64,000 nt of DNA from Lepidodermella squamata (taxonomy: Eukaryota > Animalia > Gastrotricha): the NCBI GenBank assembly GCA_047495785.1, contig JBLDXI010000013.1, positions 1,240,001 through 1,304,000 of the forward strand. The letters run 5' to 3'. The position numbers and the translations under genes were made by a program. The notes under the pieces were generated by a model that made no database searches, had not been told where the DNA came from, and was given only the letters and a program-made list of their open reading frames with translations. How positions within the stretch are numbered: the stretch's first letter is position 1; each line of letters begins with the position of its first letter. Below, piece by piece: positions 12,110 to 24,790 of this stretch.

Positions 12110-14057
12110 TTATCTTCCGGCACCGCCGCGGCCACCCAGCGGCATGTTGAATTTACGAGCGTACTTATCCTGCACATATACAGATTCGCGGAGTGATAGA
12201 ATGCGCTGAAGTTCCACAACCGATCGGCAGCAACCGGCCGCTTTAGACAAGACTTCGAGGGCTGAAGTTACCTCGCCGGTTTGAAGACGTATAAGACCAA
12301 GCGCTTCATAAGCCAAATGACACTGGGGGTCGAGTTTTAAGGCAGATTCGATGAGTGTCTCGGCCTGCTTTGTGTCTTGCTTCCACTGAAGGGCAAGTAC
12401 GCTCTTGAGTATAAGGATAGTTGGGTTCAGTGTGCCGTCAACAGCTGATTTCAGGTACTTGTCATAAAGCGCCTCGGCCTTCTCAAATTCAGCCCTCTCG
12501 CAGTACATTTGACCCACCAATTCGACGAAATCAGTGTGACCGGGATGTGCCGTCAAATAGCGCAAGATGTCTTCCAAGATCGTGTCAGCACGGGCAACGT
12601 CGCCGGTAGCTGCAGAACCCATATAATCTAGAACAGAACAAAACAATGAATAATCGCTCGATATTGCTCCTCAATATATTACCAAACATGGCTCGCTTCA
12701 CTTTAGCGACGTGATCCGGTTCAATCGAAACACACTCATCGAGTAATTTCACGCCAGACTCGACATTTTCGTTTATCAAGTGCATGAGAGCGAGGTGAAA
12801 GATGACGTCAACGTTAGTGCTGTCGAGCTTCTGCGCTTCCTGAAGAGTTTTCATGGCTTCTTCAGTACGGCCGGTACATTGTTCGACAACTGCACGCTTA
12901 ACAAGCGCATTCACTAATATTTCGTTATCGCAGTTGTTGCAGTTATTGATGACCCAGTTGAGCTCATCAATAGCTTCGGAATACCGATTTGTTGTCATGG
13001 CTAAACTGCCTTTTGCAAGATGAAGCTTTGCTGTTTCATTATTTACTGGGAAATTCGCAAGAGCTTCGCCGGATAACAGCTCATAACCAGCAGGGAAGTG
13101 GCCGGCATTCAACTCTTGCAACAGCTTTTTATATAAATTAGCCGCCTCCGATGCATCATCAAGGCCAGTGGGCTCAGCTTTGAGGTCTCGTAAAATCGGA
13201 TCACGATATAGTTCAGCTGAGAGTTGAGCAAACCGGTGACGCGAGAATTGAGCATGCTCCACGTTCTAAATATGTCATACTTTCGATTAGCTAGAATGAT
13301 ATATAGCTGGAAAAATTACCATTATAGCTTTGCCAGCTTTGCGCTCGGCAACCAGCTTGAGAACACGATCGTACATCGACAAAGCTTCCTGATTTTCAAA
13401 CCGATCACAAATAAGCACAGCTCCAAGATCTTCAAAGCAGTCCTCCATGCGATCCAAGCGTTCGTATATCTTGGCTCGCCGCAGTAATGCTTTTACATAA
13501 TTGGGGTTAGCATCCAAAGCACGGTTACAATCAGATATCGCGGATTCGAGATCATGCTAAATAAGGTAGATAGAAAAAAGAAAAATGCAGTTACTAATAC
13601 CAACCAATTTTTCATGCGCAGCTGCTCTGTTCTGATAAATCATAGCCAGATCTTCATTTTCAGAAGGTCCGCAGGCTTCAGCAGCGAGAGAATATTTCTC
13701 AATGGCCTTTTGATAATCCGAAACTTTGAAGCATTGGTTTCCTTCTTCCTTAAGCTGTTTGGCTTTCGTAGTAGGGACGGCCTACAATAGAATTCATAAG
13801 CAAGTCAAAATTCAAGAGGCACAATTATGTAAATTATACCTTAGGAGCACTTGCAGGCTTCGAGGCTTTAGGTGTAGACTTAGGTGTAACACGACGGCTC
13901 TTTTTGTAATACCAAAACGCTGCACCACCTAACACAATAGCCCCGCCAGCAGCAAGAGCTAGAAATGAAGCCGCATAAGCATAAGGGTTTCGAAAATTTT
14001 AAAATTATGCATACCAATTTTCCACTTAGGGATGGGGGTTCCATTCGAGGAAGGCAT
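12110..14057 (-). CDS. TOMM70: Mitochondrial import receptor TOM70
   Basis: Exons 14057-14015, 13958-13840, 13781-13605, 13556-13320, 13265-12683 and 12627-12110. N-terminal anchor WKIALAAGGAIVLGGAAFWYY; TPR clamp KEEGNQCFK...YQNRAAAHEKL...NPNYVKALLRRA; C-terminal TPRs LDPQCHLAYEALG. Confidence 0.9.
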
Positions 14058-14925
14058 CAAGAAGGCAGTTGATTAAACGTCTAATCTATGTGAAACAAAT
14101 TCAACAGAATATTAGAGGAGCTCAATTGATTGCAAATAGCCTTTCTGTGAACTGTTTTGTAGCCTTGAAAAATACAATCATCAATCGTTTGATAATTTTT
14201 TAGTTATAGAACCATTAAAGCGGAAGTAAGAATTCTACAAGTGAATGGCAAGCAGGGACACCTGTTGGATAGGTCGTTTAAGCAGTAGATCTAGTATTTG
14301 TTCGAAGCTATATGCGCAACTGTCATTACCAACCGATCATGGTGTTTTGATATTAGTCATCATAAAAAGCGCTACATTCCAAACTTGGCAGAGCTCAATC
14401 ACCTGAGGAGCGCCGGGTTACCGGTAAATCTCAGAGTCCCCAAAGAACAACCGCGATACAACGCGTTGCCCCCAGCCACGTTTACTCCATTTTGTTTTCA
14501 AGTATAAAACTATTTTGTTTGTTTTAAAATGAGCCATATAAACATTTTGTATTTTTGACTTATTACAAGCGTATATTTTCTGCACGTTTTTTGGAGGGTG
14601 AGAGAAGCAAGTTAGGGGCACCCTGAAACTGAAATCGTAGAGCAACCAGCGCGTCAGCAACAACTTGTCATCCCTCTCATCCCTACTTTCTTGTGCTGGA
14701 TCTTTCAGCCTTAATCGGAAGCCAGAAGTTTGTGTTAGCTTGGGCTGAGAAGGTGGCGTAATATCGTGATGCTTCCCAAAAAACTATCGATGCTGAAGCT
14801 GTAGATCAGATTATGGCTGTAACTTAGCACTCAACCCGCTTGCAATTAGCAATGATCGCAATCGTTATTGTTTTCGGTTATGTTGTTTTTAGGTTCTTTA
14901 ATACATTGACCGCACACGCATAGGA

Positions 14926-15873
14926 ATGTTTGCTGTGCGCCCAGTTACGACTGCTCTGTACAGCGCAACTGTTGTCCCAGTTCGTGGGATGGCCACGCTG
15001 AAGGATCTGCGTCTTCGTTTGCGCTCGGTAAAGAACATCCAGAAAATCACCAAATCAATGAAGATGGTCGCCGCTGCCAAGTTTGCAAAGGCTGAACGTG
15101 AACTGCGTATGGCAAGGCCATACGGTCAAGCCACCACAAAATTCTTCGATGCATCTGAGGCCCAGCTGGACCCTGATGAAACTTCCAAGCAGTTGACTTT
15201 GGTCGCTTTGACATCAGATCGTGGTCTCTGTGGTGCTGTTCACAGCAACGTCATTCGTTCTATCCGTAGCCGTCTCGCTGGAAATCCAATCATGGCTTCG
15301 GATGGCAAGACGCCTTTGAAGAAACCGGAAGACGTTCGCCTGGTTGCCATCGGTGACAAGGCTAAGCAAATCCTGAATAAGCAACACAGCAAGCGTTTCC
15401 TTTTTGCGGTCAACGAAATTGGTCGCATGCCGTCAATTTTCGCTGATGCCAGCGCGGTAGCTGAGGAACTGTTGCGTTTTTGGGCTTCTCAGGGAGACGC
15501 GTCGAAAAATGCCACTGCCGCTGTTGTCTACAACGTTTTCAAGTCAGTTGTGAGCTACAAGACGACTACTCAGGCATTGCCTGTGCCAGCTAATAACGCT
15601 GTTGCTAATGCCCCTAAGATTGCGCTGTACGACGGTATTGACGACAACATGATTCAATGTTTCAATGAATTTTCTCTGGCTAATTTACTTTTCTTCGCTA
15701 TGCGTGAAAGTCAAACCAGCGAGCAATCTAGCCGTATGACGGCTATGGATGCTGCATCGAAGAACGCCGGTGAAATGATCAACAAGCTGACCATCCAAAT
15801 GAACCGAACTCGCCAGGCCGTCATCACTCGAGAGCTGGTTGAAATCATCGCCGGCGCTGCTGCTTTGAAATAA
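14926..15873 (+). CDS. ATP5F1C: Mitochondrial ATP synthase F1 gamma subunit (intronless CDS)
   Basis: Presequence, then MATLKDLRLRLRSVKNIQKITKSMKMVAAAK, TSDRGLCGAVH, SEQSSRMTAMDAASKNAGEMI and NRTRQAVITRELVEII. Confidence 0.98.
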   Translation: MFAVRPVTTALYSATVVPVRGMATLKDLRLRLRSVKNIQKITKSMKMVAAAKFAKAERELRMARPYGQATTKFFDASEAQLDPDETSKQLTLVALTSDRGLCGAVHSNVIRSIRSRLAGNPIMASDGKTPLKKPEDVRLVAIGDKAKQILNKQHSKRFLFAVNEIGRMPSIFADASAVAEELLRFWASQGDASKNATAAVVYNVFKSVVSYKTTTQALPVPANNAVANAPKIALYDGIDDNMIQCFNEFSLANLLFFAMRESQTSEQSSRMTAMDAASKNAGEMINKLTIQMNRTRQAVITRELVEIIAGAAALK

Positions 15874-16216
15874 GCGGCTTCGTTTGTCACATCATAATTC
15901 TTAACGCATTTTGACAAAATTAAGAGAAGAACTTGACGGACTTGTCATTTTTCGGCAAGATTTGAATGCTAGAGCTTGTATATTTCCAGTGAGCCTCGTG
16001 TCTGCAGCAGGTTAGATTTGAATACTTGTCCTGATCATCTTACGATAATGTATGCATCCTCTCACTCTTAGCTGTTTTGTTTTATGAATTCTTGGTGATA
16101 CCATTTCTAATCTAAGAGAACCACTTTTGTAGCCGGTATTAATCCTGCTGCGGCGCAGAACCACTTGTTCACTCCCCGTGTAACGCTGATATCCTATTAT
16201 GAACTGATTGCGACCT

Positions 16217-16314
16217 TTCCTATGATGATAATGGAACTGCCAAGAGATGAAACACTGTAATCATATAATTATAATAATCGCGTGTGGATGAATGAAAACA
16301 AATTCTGAATGGAA
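16217..16314 (+). ncRNA. Candidate box C/D snoRNA
   Basis: C box ATGATGA 16222-16228, C'-like TGGATGA 16285-16291, D box CTGA 16305-16308 and flanking TTCC/GGAA stem, just upstream of a ribosomal protein gene. The stem register is non-canonical and the target is unverified. Confidence 0.35.
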
Positions 16315-16386
16315 TTATTTTATTTAATGAGTGATTTGTTTTTGTTTTAGGTTTATTTTATTGGTTGGTAAACCTATCTGACCAAT

Positions 16387-16819
16387 ATGGTGCGTTTTGT
16401 TTCAATTGTTTTACGCTGGCTTCTAAATATTTTTATCGCAGGGTCCCCCGACCAACAAGAAGAAGGATGCTAAGGATTCGAAGTCTGGATCGAAGCCCAA
16501 GGTGATGTCGAAGAAGGAGGGCGGTGGTGGCGGTAAGGCCAAGAAAAAGAAGTGGACCAAGGGAAAGGTCCGCGATAAGTTGAACAACGCCGTCATGTTC
16601 GACAAGACCAACTACGACAAACTGCTTAAGGAAGTCCCGATGTATAAGCTCATCACACCTTCAGTCGTCTCCGAGCGTCTGCGCGTTCGCGCATCGGTCG
16701 CGAAGAACGCCCTGAAGGAGCTGGCGAACCGCGGGCTCGTCAAGCAACTGGTCGGCCAACACGGTCAGCTCATCTACACGCGTGCTACCAAGGCTGCGGC
16801 CGCTGGCGAAGAAGCGTAG
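16387..16819 (+). CDS. RPS25: 40S ribosomal protein S25 (eS25)
   Basis: ATG at 16387-16389, intron 16390-16441, exon 16442-16819; [31 protein letters not shown] and QLIYTRAT. Confidence 0.97.
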
Positions 16820-16984
16820 ATGCCTTGTTCCAGCAAATAGCATTCACTTCAGATAAAAATATTTCGAGTTTCACTGGGTGTGAGAAGATGCCTTAAAAGA
16901 AAGAAAAGAATAAAGACTGAATGACTGAAACTATACTTGTTATTTAACGATCGGGCGTCTCGTTATATCTAGAACTTTTTCACG

Positions 16985-17454
16985 ATGAGTTTATCTGGGG
17001 TTGTGAAGCGGTTGTTCTCGACAAGCAGCGGTCCGCATTTACAAATTATGAATACAACTCGTATGAGGTGTGTCGATAACAGTGAAATTGGCAGGCTAGC
17101 TCACAGCAATCGCAAGCCACCGAAAGTCTTTCACGTTTACACCCCGACACGTAAGTCTGCGCATTGTTTTGATTCCGAGGTCTAAAGAAAGTCGATGATT
17201 TAACTCAAGGCGAGGGAACAATTGGCGATAAAGTCATGGTCGCTGTTTGCGGTGAGAAGAAACGGGGTTACATTGTCGGAGTGAAGAAAGCTCAAGGTCA
17301 CGGAGTACCTCGTTTTGATACAAATAACTTGGTTCTGGTCGATGATAACGGCAATCCTTTAGGCAATCGAATAACCGTCCCGATTCCTGTTCAACTTCGC
17401 TCAAAAGGCGGTGACTTCTCAAAAATTCTCGCCGTTGCATCCCGCTTCGTTTAA
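16985..17454 (+). CDS. MRPL14: Mitochondrial ribosomal protein L14 (uL14m)
   Basis: Exons 16985-17150 and 17210-17454; TRMRCVDNS, HVY, GTIGDKVMVAV, PRFDTNNLVLVDDNGNPLGNRI and SKILAVASRFV. Confidence 0.95.
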
Positions 17455-17567
17455 CCATAACAATAAACAATGAATTAAAATTAATTGTTCAGGCTTAACT
17501 CAGTTCATGTTGTCATTTTTTAGTTATTTATACACTGGCGTTTCGATTCTTGTCAATTTTCACGAAA

Positions 17568-20500
17568 ATGAATGAGAAAATGATGAAAGCTATCTTGGTC
17601 GAAGCTTATGGCGGACCCGAAGTTATGCAGCTCAAGCAAGTGCCGATTCCTCATTGCGGCGATGGTCAAGTGTTGGTTAAAGTAAAAGCGACCGGGGTTA
17701 ACCCGGTTGATGTCTACGTCCGAGACAATCGTTTCGGCGTCAACACGAAGCTACCGTACACGCCCGGGTCAGATTGCGCTGGTATCGTCGAAGAGGTCGG
17801 TAAAAATGTTGATCACGTCAAAGTTGGCGATCGGGTTTTCTCATTGGCTGCTGTGACTGGAACCTACGCCGAATACTCACTATGCAACGCCGCTTCAGTA
17901 TTTCCGATACCGTCGGAGAAGTTGTCTTTCGCCCAAGCTTCTGGTCTCGGCGTACCCTATTTCACTGCCTATCGAGCCTTATTCCAACGGTAAGTAATTG
18001 GGTTTTTTTCAATCATTTATTAACACTTTTCATCGCAACTCATCTTAAATACTCATCTCAAATTGCAGAGTTAGATAGAAACGGTCTGCTGAAGCCCACG
18101 TTCTTGTAAGCACAATTAATAAATATGAGGGCTTATTTCTGTTTGTTTTCAGGGCTTTTCGATCTGGGTCATAGTTCTGGTTCATTACCTAAATGCTGAA
18201 TTCAATCCCAAACCCAAAATGACTGAAATGGGAAAGGCGAAGTTTAATGCCGTATTGTAGAGCATCGATCTCGGGCTATTAGAATTAGCGTGGAGAGAGG
18301 TTGTGGGAGTCATTTGTTTCCGGTAAAAACGGTGTGACATCTCATTCTGTTTGACAATGAAGGTCAGGTCGAGCACATTTAGCACGCCGTCTATATCAAC
18401 CTCAGATGTGAATTCAAGTCCTCATTGAGAGCCAATGTTGTTCAGATCCAAGACAAAATAGTCAATTTCGTATAGGTTCACAAGCGGTTCTCTCACTCAG
18501 AGGCAGAACACGTCGCCCACCATGCGACGCCAAAATTGCTGATATTTTTCGGTTGTGCAAGTTCTTTCTCAACGCCATCGTATACATTTCAGCCGCAGCT
18601 GGAGAGTAGTAAACACCTTAGATCTGCTGGTATACGTAGCCGTTGAAACTGAAGTAGATGTTGTTCCGAGAAGAACCGTTGTGTGATCACCCTGCCACGC
18701 CTGGGCTTCTTCTTCATTTTGAAAAAATATTAGGACTAGACCCATGGTCATAACGTCACTTTCATGTTGTGCCAGAACGACGACGGGCCTATCTTTTAGT
18801 TCGCCATCAACAAGCTTCTCCACCTCCTCCAAGTCATCGTACCTGAATTCGAAACTCACAATCTGAGATCGATGCTTTCCGGCAATTTTGCGAATGTCTC
18901 TGTAGTAACCCTTGGGACAATATTTCAGATTGCCAATGGTTTCCACGCTCCGGCGATTTTCGATTTTGAACGTCGATGTCGAGTCAAAGACAGCAACGAT
19001 GTAGTAGTCATCGAAATGAAGTGAAGTTAAAAATTCAGCCAACTCTAAGGAATTCTCGAACTGCCTAGCTGGTTCGAGGCAGTTATGTTGCTGGGGCCAG
19101 TCAGCAGCCTAGCGCAGTTACCTTCCGCCCCTGGGCCAACGGCAAACATTGATCCCAGTCCCTCATTATAAGCCAAAATCATGTTGATCGGCTTGTCTAT
19201 CATCGCCTTGCTGGGAAAGTTACATTTCCGGAGCTTTGATGCATGGATCAAATCGTCTACCGATGTGCCCAAATGCTCAGCTGCGTTCAAATAAATTTTT
19301 GCGAAGTCGATTTTCTCAACATGTTCCTTGTTGAATGAGGCGAGAAGTGTCTTCGTCGTCTTGAGCATTTCGATCGTTTTTGTAATTTTGAATAAAGATA
19401 AATTTATTATAAATATACCTGACGAATGATCGCACTGGGCGTGATCGAAAGGGGAACGATTTCGTTTGACGTAGCCACTTCAGATGTCTACAAGCGTAGG
19501 GTAATCTCAGTCAGGACAACAATTTGTAAAGTTGTAAAGAACACATCAAAACTGAACAGTCGTAAATCCGAGTACTTGACCACGATTTTCATGGTGCGAA
19601 GGGCCACTCCAACACGGCGGGTTTCTTCTCGCTATAGAACACCGCTTTTGCCTTCGAGGCCATTATCAGTAGTTCGGAAATGTGTCCAGCTTTCATACCA
19701 GCCTTTTAAGGGTCCATCCTGGTACATTTTCTGGAAGTGTTTCAGGAAATCCCCCATGTTCGACAACTTGGCATGAAAAAGCTTGCAGACCCTGTCGATT
19801 TCGAGTGCATAATTTGAGTTATTATTTGCGTTCTTTGTGATCACGATGTTGTCACGCTAGGTTTTGTAGCTCAGCTCTTTCTCGCTGAAAGTTGCCTCCA
19901 ATTCGTCAGTGGCTTATCCCTTCGAAACCGCCGATCAGTTTCACTAGGACATAAGAGCATATTGTCTTCCTATTTGTTGCTTTTAATTGTATCATAGCTT
20001 GGGATCTAACGTTGAATATTCATCTGCTCGAGTATATAAAGCGCTCACATCATTTTGAAAATGAAATTTACGATTCTTTCTTTGTTTTTTAAGCATTCAA
20101 ATCAACGAAAACGAAATTGCCCTGATTCATGGCGCATCTGGCGCAGTCGGTATCGCCTGCATTCAACTGATTCGAGCGATTTTGCCTAGCGTGAAGATCA
20201 TCGGAACCGCCGGTTCTGAGAACGGCCTGAAACTCGTTAAAGAGTACGGCGCTCATCATGTCTACAACCACCGTGATGCCAGCTATATGGACGCCATCTG
20301 CCGCGATTTCCCGAAAGGCGTCGATGTAATTGCCGAAATGCTGGCCAATGAGAATCTCGACCGCGACCTAAGCAAGCTGATTGGGCAGAACGGTCGCGTT
20401 GCCATTATCGGAGCTCGTGATTCGTGTTCGATCAATCCACGTGCTATGATGAAGAAGGAATCGACTGTTACCGGTGTGGCATTGCGAGCCTCCACCCCGC

Positions 20501-20670
20501 AAGAAACGAAAACTGCTGCTGAAGTGATTTGCAACCCGAAAGTTGCTCAATTCATCAATCCGGCTGTTGATCGCGAATTCAGCTTGGCTGAGGCCGCCCA
20601 GTCTCATGTCTACGTTATGGAATCGAGCGGCCACCTCGGAAAAGTTGTTCTCAATGTGGGCTGCAACTGA
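17568..20670 (+). CDS. CRYZ: Zeta-crystallin-like NADPH:quinone oxidoreductase
   Basis: Exons 17568-17989 and 20094-20670, joined by a phase-2 intron of 2104 nt; GGPEVM, GVNPVD, PYTPGSD, GVPYFTAYRAL, IHGASGAVG, IAEMLANENL and GKVVL. Confidence 0.93.
18569..19368 (-). pseudogene. Two abutting, out-of-frame ORFs of unknown type (possible transposon cargo) in the CRYZ intron
   Basis: ORFs 19368-19045 and 19042-18569 have protein-like composition and lie on the same strand as the MULE fragment; no family was recognised. Confidence 0.3.
19560..19844 (-). mobile_element. Decayed Mutator-like (MULE) transposase fragment inside the CRYZ intron
   Basis: HFQKMYQDGPLKGWYESWTHFRTTDNGLEGKSGVL*REETRR resembles the MULE C-terminal catalytic segment (YF..W...WYE....TNN.LE..N..IK...T.R) with an in-frame stop; no TIRs were recognised. 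Confidence 0.6.
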
Positions 20671-21124
20671 GATTAATCGGTGAACAAATGTTGAACTTAT
20701 TTTTTGATGGACTCATTCATGTGATTTATTTTGTGCACAAACAATACATTCGCACTGCGCTTTATATTTAACTTGGTGCTGGGATTGAATGACATCGCAA
20801 TAAATAAGATGGTTATCACTCGCGTTTTCAATTTTCATGCCTTCCAGTGGCTCTTTCAAGAATAACTGTTCCCGAGAAGAAAAATCAGGAAGGAACTTGA
20901 ATATTTTCCAGATAGCTGCATCTGTTCTAATTTACTTCGATCAAAGGATGATTCATTAATGCTCATTTTAAGGAATTTATTAGCGCCCAAGTTAACGTTT
21001 CCAAGGAAATATCATCAACTGTGTAGGATGAAGTTTACACCGCTTCTTAAACAGGTCAGCATCGAACTTTGCCAATAGCCAAAGCCAATAGCGCAGCCGC
21101 GATCGGGGTTCTGAAAGAGCCCAG

Positions 21125-21837
21125 TCATGGTGCTTTCAGAAGTTTTATGAACGTTGAAGTCGAATGGGAGACTTTGCCATCTTGGACACGTAAAGAACGA
21201 AGTGTAACACCGTTTCTCGACGAGCAATATTCAACAATTTTCGGTTGCTTTCTTTCCAATTCTACGGAAGCCACATTTGCTAGTATCTGTAGAGGGGTAA
21301 GTTCCATGGCGCAATGTGATTTTGCTTGGGAGGAAAATGACACTCCGATCGACTGGGGCGGTAAATAGCAAGCTGGATAATCGTCGCATTGCAGTAGCGA
21401 GTCTTCGGAATCCCCACCTACAATTTCGCTCTCAACATCGACATCAAAGCTAAACAACTTTTTCTTGTGGGCAGACCGCGCTTCTCCCCGCAGTTTATTG
21501 TAGTTTTTTCAGCAGACAAAGCCAGCTTCCGTGCACGAAGTTGCGTAGAGCCGTTCCTGATAATGCGACGGTTCTGCGTCCACGATTCGATTAGATCAAA
21601 TTGTTGGGCGCTGTTTAGCTTCTCCGGCCTTCCTAGCAATCTTAAAAGTTCTTCGCCATTAGGGTGGACCGTAATTCTCTCCTATTTCAATAATAAAAAT
21701 TCAAAGCCACAAAAGAAATGGGCATGGAGACGAAATAATTTGAAAATTCCCAGAACAAAACCCATCACCGACTAAAGGCTACTTGTTTTCACGGTTATAA
21801 AGAGGAAGAAGTCACTCACCTTTCTATCAATCGGCAT
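21125..21837 (-). CDS. Small orphan gene or pseudogene
   Basis: ATG exon MPIDRK|gtgagt (21837-21820) splices in phase to the acceptor at 21681 (ERITVHPNGEELL...), which stops at 21418. An overlapping frame (FDVDVESE...LTPLQILANVASVEL) runs to 21125 and would need a weak intron or a frameshift. Confidence 0.35.
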
Positions 21838-23003
21838 CGAAATCCAAGAGGGTGAAATTGTTTAATTGCTGAATGCAAATTTCAAAAAATGCCGATAAAA
21901 ACAATGGGAATTTTCTCGGTTTTTGCATTTTTTAAGGTGGACTTTTTGAAAAATAATTAAATTAATTCGTTGCCGTTATGCATGTGCCAGTGTCTTCTCG
22001 GTTTTTCTTGAACCGTTCTCTATGCTTGAACCTTGACGAATCAACGAAAATATTTCGCATTTTATGAAATTAAGTTGAGTGAGACTCTTGACGTTGGCGC
22101 AATCTCCAGCATCGCGGTTTGACGCCAAAGACTTAACAATTAACGTTTTTTACAAAAAGCTTATTTTTCAAAATTATTTACCGTTTTATTAACGATTTCT
22201 TATTATACAAGTATGATGAAGGCCTTAAGTGTCAGCTATGATATATTTATATATGTATATATATTGCTCAAACAAATTCGAATGGAGGAATCGATCGAAA
22301 AAGCGCAGCTCGATTCCAACCAGCACGTAACGCACTCAGAAGACACCGTTTTGATTCAATATAAACGAGGTTTATTACTGTAACATTTCTGCGCCAATAC
22401 GCTGATTGGCTATGTACAAATTTTTTATCAATTTTGGGCACAATTTTGATATTGTTACAGAAGGTATCTCAACAAAACTCCACGGTTCTGTCCAATCTTT
22501 CATCAAACACAAAAATTGTAGAGTAATATATAGACGAAGAAATAATATTTCAGTTAATCATGGATAACAATTATTTTTTTGCTGAACAAGAATATCGCTA
22601 ATATCAAGTTATCGTGAGTTATCGTAATCGAACGATGCGCAAAAATTAACACTTCGGTTTTTCAAGTGGAAAAACAATTAGTACACGGCAGTAGGCAGAA
22701 CTCTCAGTATAATACTCTTCTCTCTTCAATCGGCAGGTCAAGCTGATGATACAATTGAGCGCGGTTAGCAGATCTGCTTCTTCCGACAGTTTTACGAAAA
22801 ACGCGACGCAGGGAAGAAAAAAATGATCACAGCGAAAGCTGTGCCACCACGCGGCTAAGAAAATACCAAGCTAACATATAGCAGAAATGCCAGGGCGAAT
22901 ATTTCTCTAAGAGGGCCTAGTGTTAACTAAGAATACCACGAAAATATCGCTAGTGATCGTACATTTTCGCTTTTCTTGTTGTTTAAAGTCCGTTTCTTCG
23001 ATT

Positions 23004-24790
23004 TTAAGCCTTCGCCAGAAGCTGCATGTTGACCCCGCCCTCCTTATCGTCATGGCCGTGGTGGCTTTCGCCGCCAGCGGTGTAAGGGTGGAAAGCAGGC
23101 AGTTCCCAGAAGATGTGGTCCTCGAAGATGCCCTTCTTTGGCGGTGCGTCGAGAATGGCCGGGATGCGCAGGATAAAGCCGGTGATAATGCCGCCAACAA
23201 TGGCGATGGCGAGGGTCAGGGCCAGAGCGGCGAGCTGGTAACCGGCCTGGACGACCTCAGTGCGGTCGCTGCCCGGCTTCTTGCTGATAAGGTCACCAAA
23301 GGCCTTGAAGCCTTCATCTCCGATTTCACCTTTCAGCCTAAACAATTCGAACGTAAAACTGCATCCACATAAAAAAGTGTGTTAAGCATACTGTTCGTAG
23401 TAGGCACCATCGGTAGCGTTGGGAACACGAGCCGGGAACTTGTCGAACAAAACGAGGCCGTAGTCAGCGTAGCTGGCGAGGAAGGCCATGATAGCACCGA
23501 CAATGGCAGCAAGAACACCGGGCATGCCGTGCAAATTCTGTCGAAGAAAAAATTTGAAATTTTTTTTGCGCGAGTTAATGAATCATCGCAAACTTACGTG
23601 AACACCGCAAGTGTCATGGATCTTCAGCTTCTTGTTCATGAAGGGCGAGATCCACTTGTAGCCGATAACAGAGACAATGGCGGCAGCAGCACCGATCAAG
23701 AGAGCACCGTACGGCTTGACAACTAAATCAGCCGCAGTTCCGACAGCGACACCGCCGGCGAGCGAAGCGTTCTGAATGTGGACCATGTTGAATTGACCGT
23801 CAACCAGCCACGACATGATGAACTAAAATTTAAAAAAAATCATAATAAAAATTTCAAAATTTCAAAAAGATTGCACAGGCACAAAATGCAATAATAGAAA
23901 AATATTAAGGAGGACTTTTAGCCACTCCACTCTTTTTTAATGCTGCGCATTTTTTGTGGCCTTGCTCAAATTGCTAAAAAATAATTACCGAGACAACGCA
24001 GCAAGAAGCGAGGGAAAAGTAGGTGTTGATAAAAGCGCGATTCTGTTCGACACCGCTGAGAGCACCGCCGTTGAATGATGGCCAGAAAAGCCACAGGAAG
24101 ATGGTGCCGATCATAGCGAAAATGTCAGAGTGGTAAGTGGCACCTTCGCCTTCGTCTAAATAAAAAAAATTGAAGGAAAATTATGAAAAAAATAATCGTC
24201 AACTCACTGTTTTCGATATCGTCGCGCCACAAAACGCGGGCAACAGCAAGACCGAAGTAGGCGCCGAAGACGTGGACGAACATCGATTCACCAGCGTCGG
24301 TGACTTTCAGCGTGGTGACGCCAACTTTTTCGTTAACCTGAGCCAGCACGATTTCGATCAAGGCCATGACCAGCAACTGGGTGGGCGAGGTCTTGCCGAG
24401 GCAGGCACCGAACGAGATGAGCACAGTGGCGGTGGCGAAGTCGGCAGTCAACATTTCACCGAGGTGAACGGTGAATTTGCCATTTTCCAAGTGCAAGAAT
24501 CCGCGTACAAGCGTGGCCCACTGCAGGCAAATGGCAGCGATCAAGAAGTTGATGCCGACGGCAGAGTAACCGTAGCGTTTCAGGAAAGTCATGAGGAATC
24601 CGAAACCGACGAACATCATCACGTGAACATCCTGAAATGTGGCGTACTGGTTGTTCGTTGAATCGTCTTGTCCACCCGGCTTCGTCGAGACACCGTACTC
24701 GGCGAAGAGAGCGAACAAAATGATAAAGACGATCTGCAAAACACCGGCAATAAGCGGGAATCGCAGACGGTTTCCAATACTGCCTGCCAT
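23004..24790 (-). CDS. Rh-family ammonium/ammonia transporter, paralogue A
   Basis: Exons 24790-24208, 24155-23989, 23822-23598, 23537-23391 and 23337-23004; [55 protein letters not shown] and HDTCGVHNLHGMPG. Confidence 0.97.

Noticed and set aside
14250-14890. C-box-like words in the TOMM70/ATP5F1C divergent promoter region
   Set aside because: No properly placed D box with a terminal stem.
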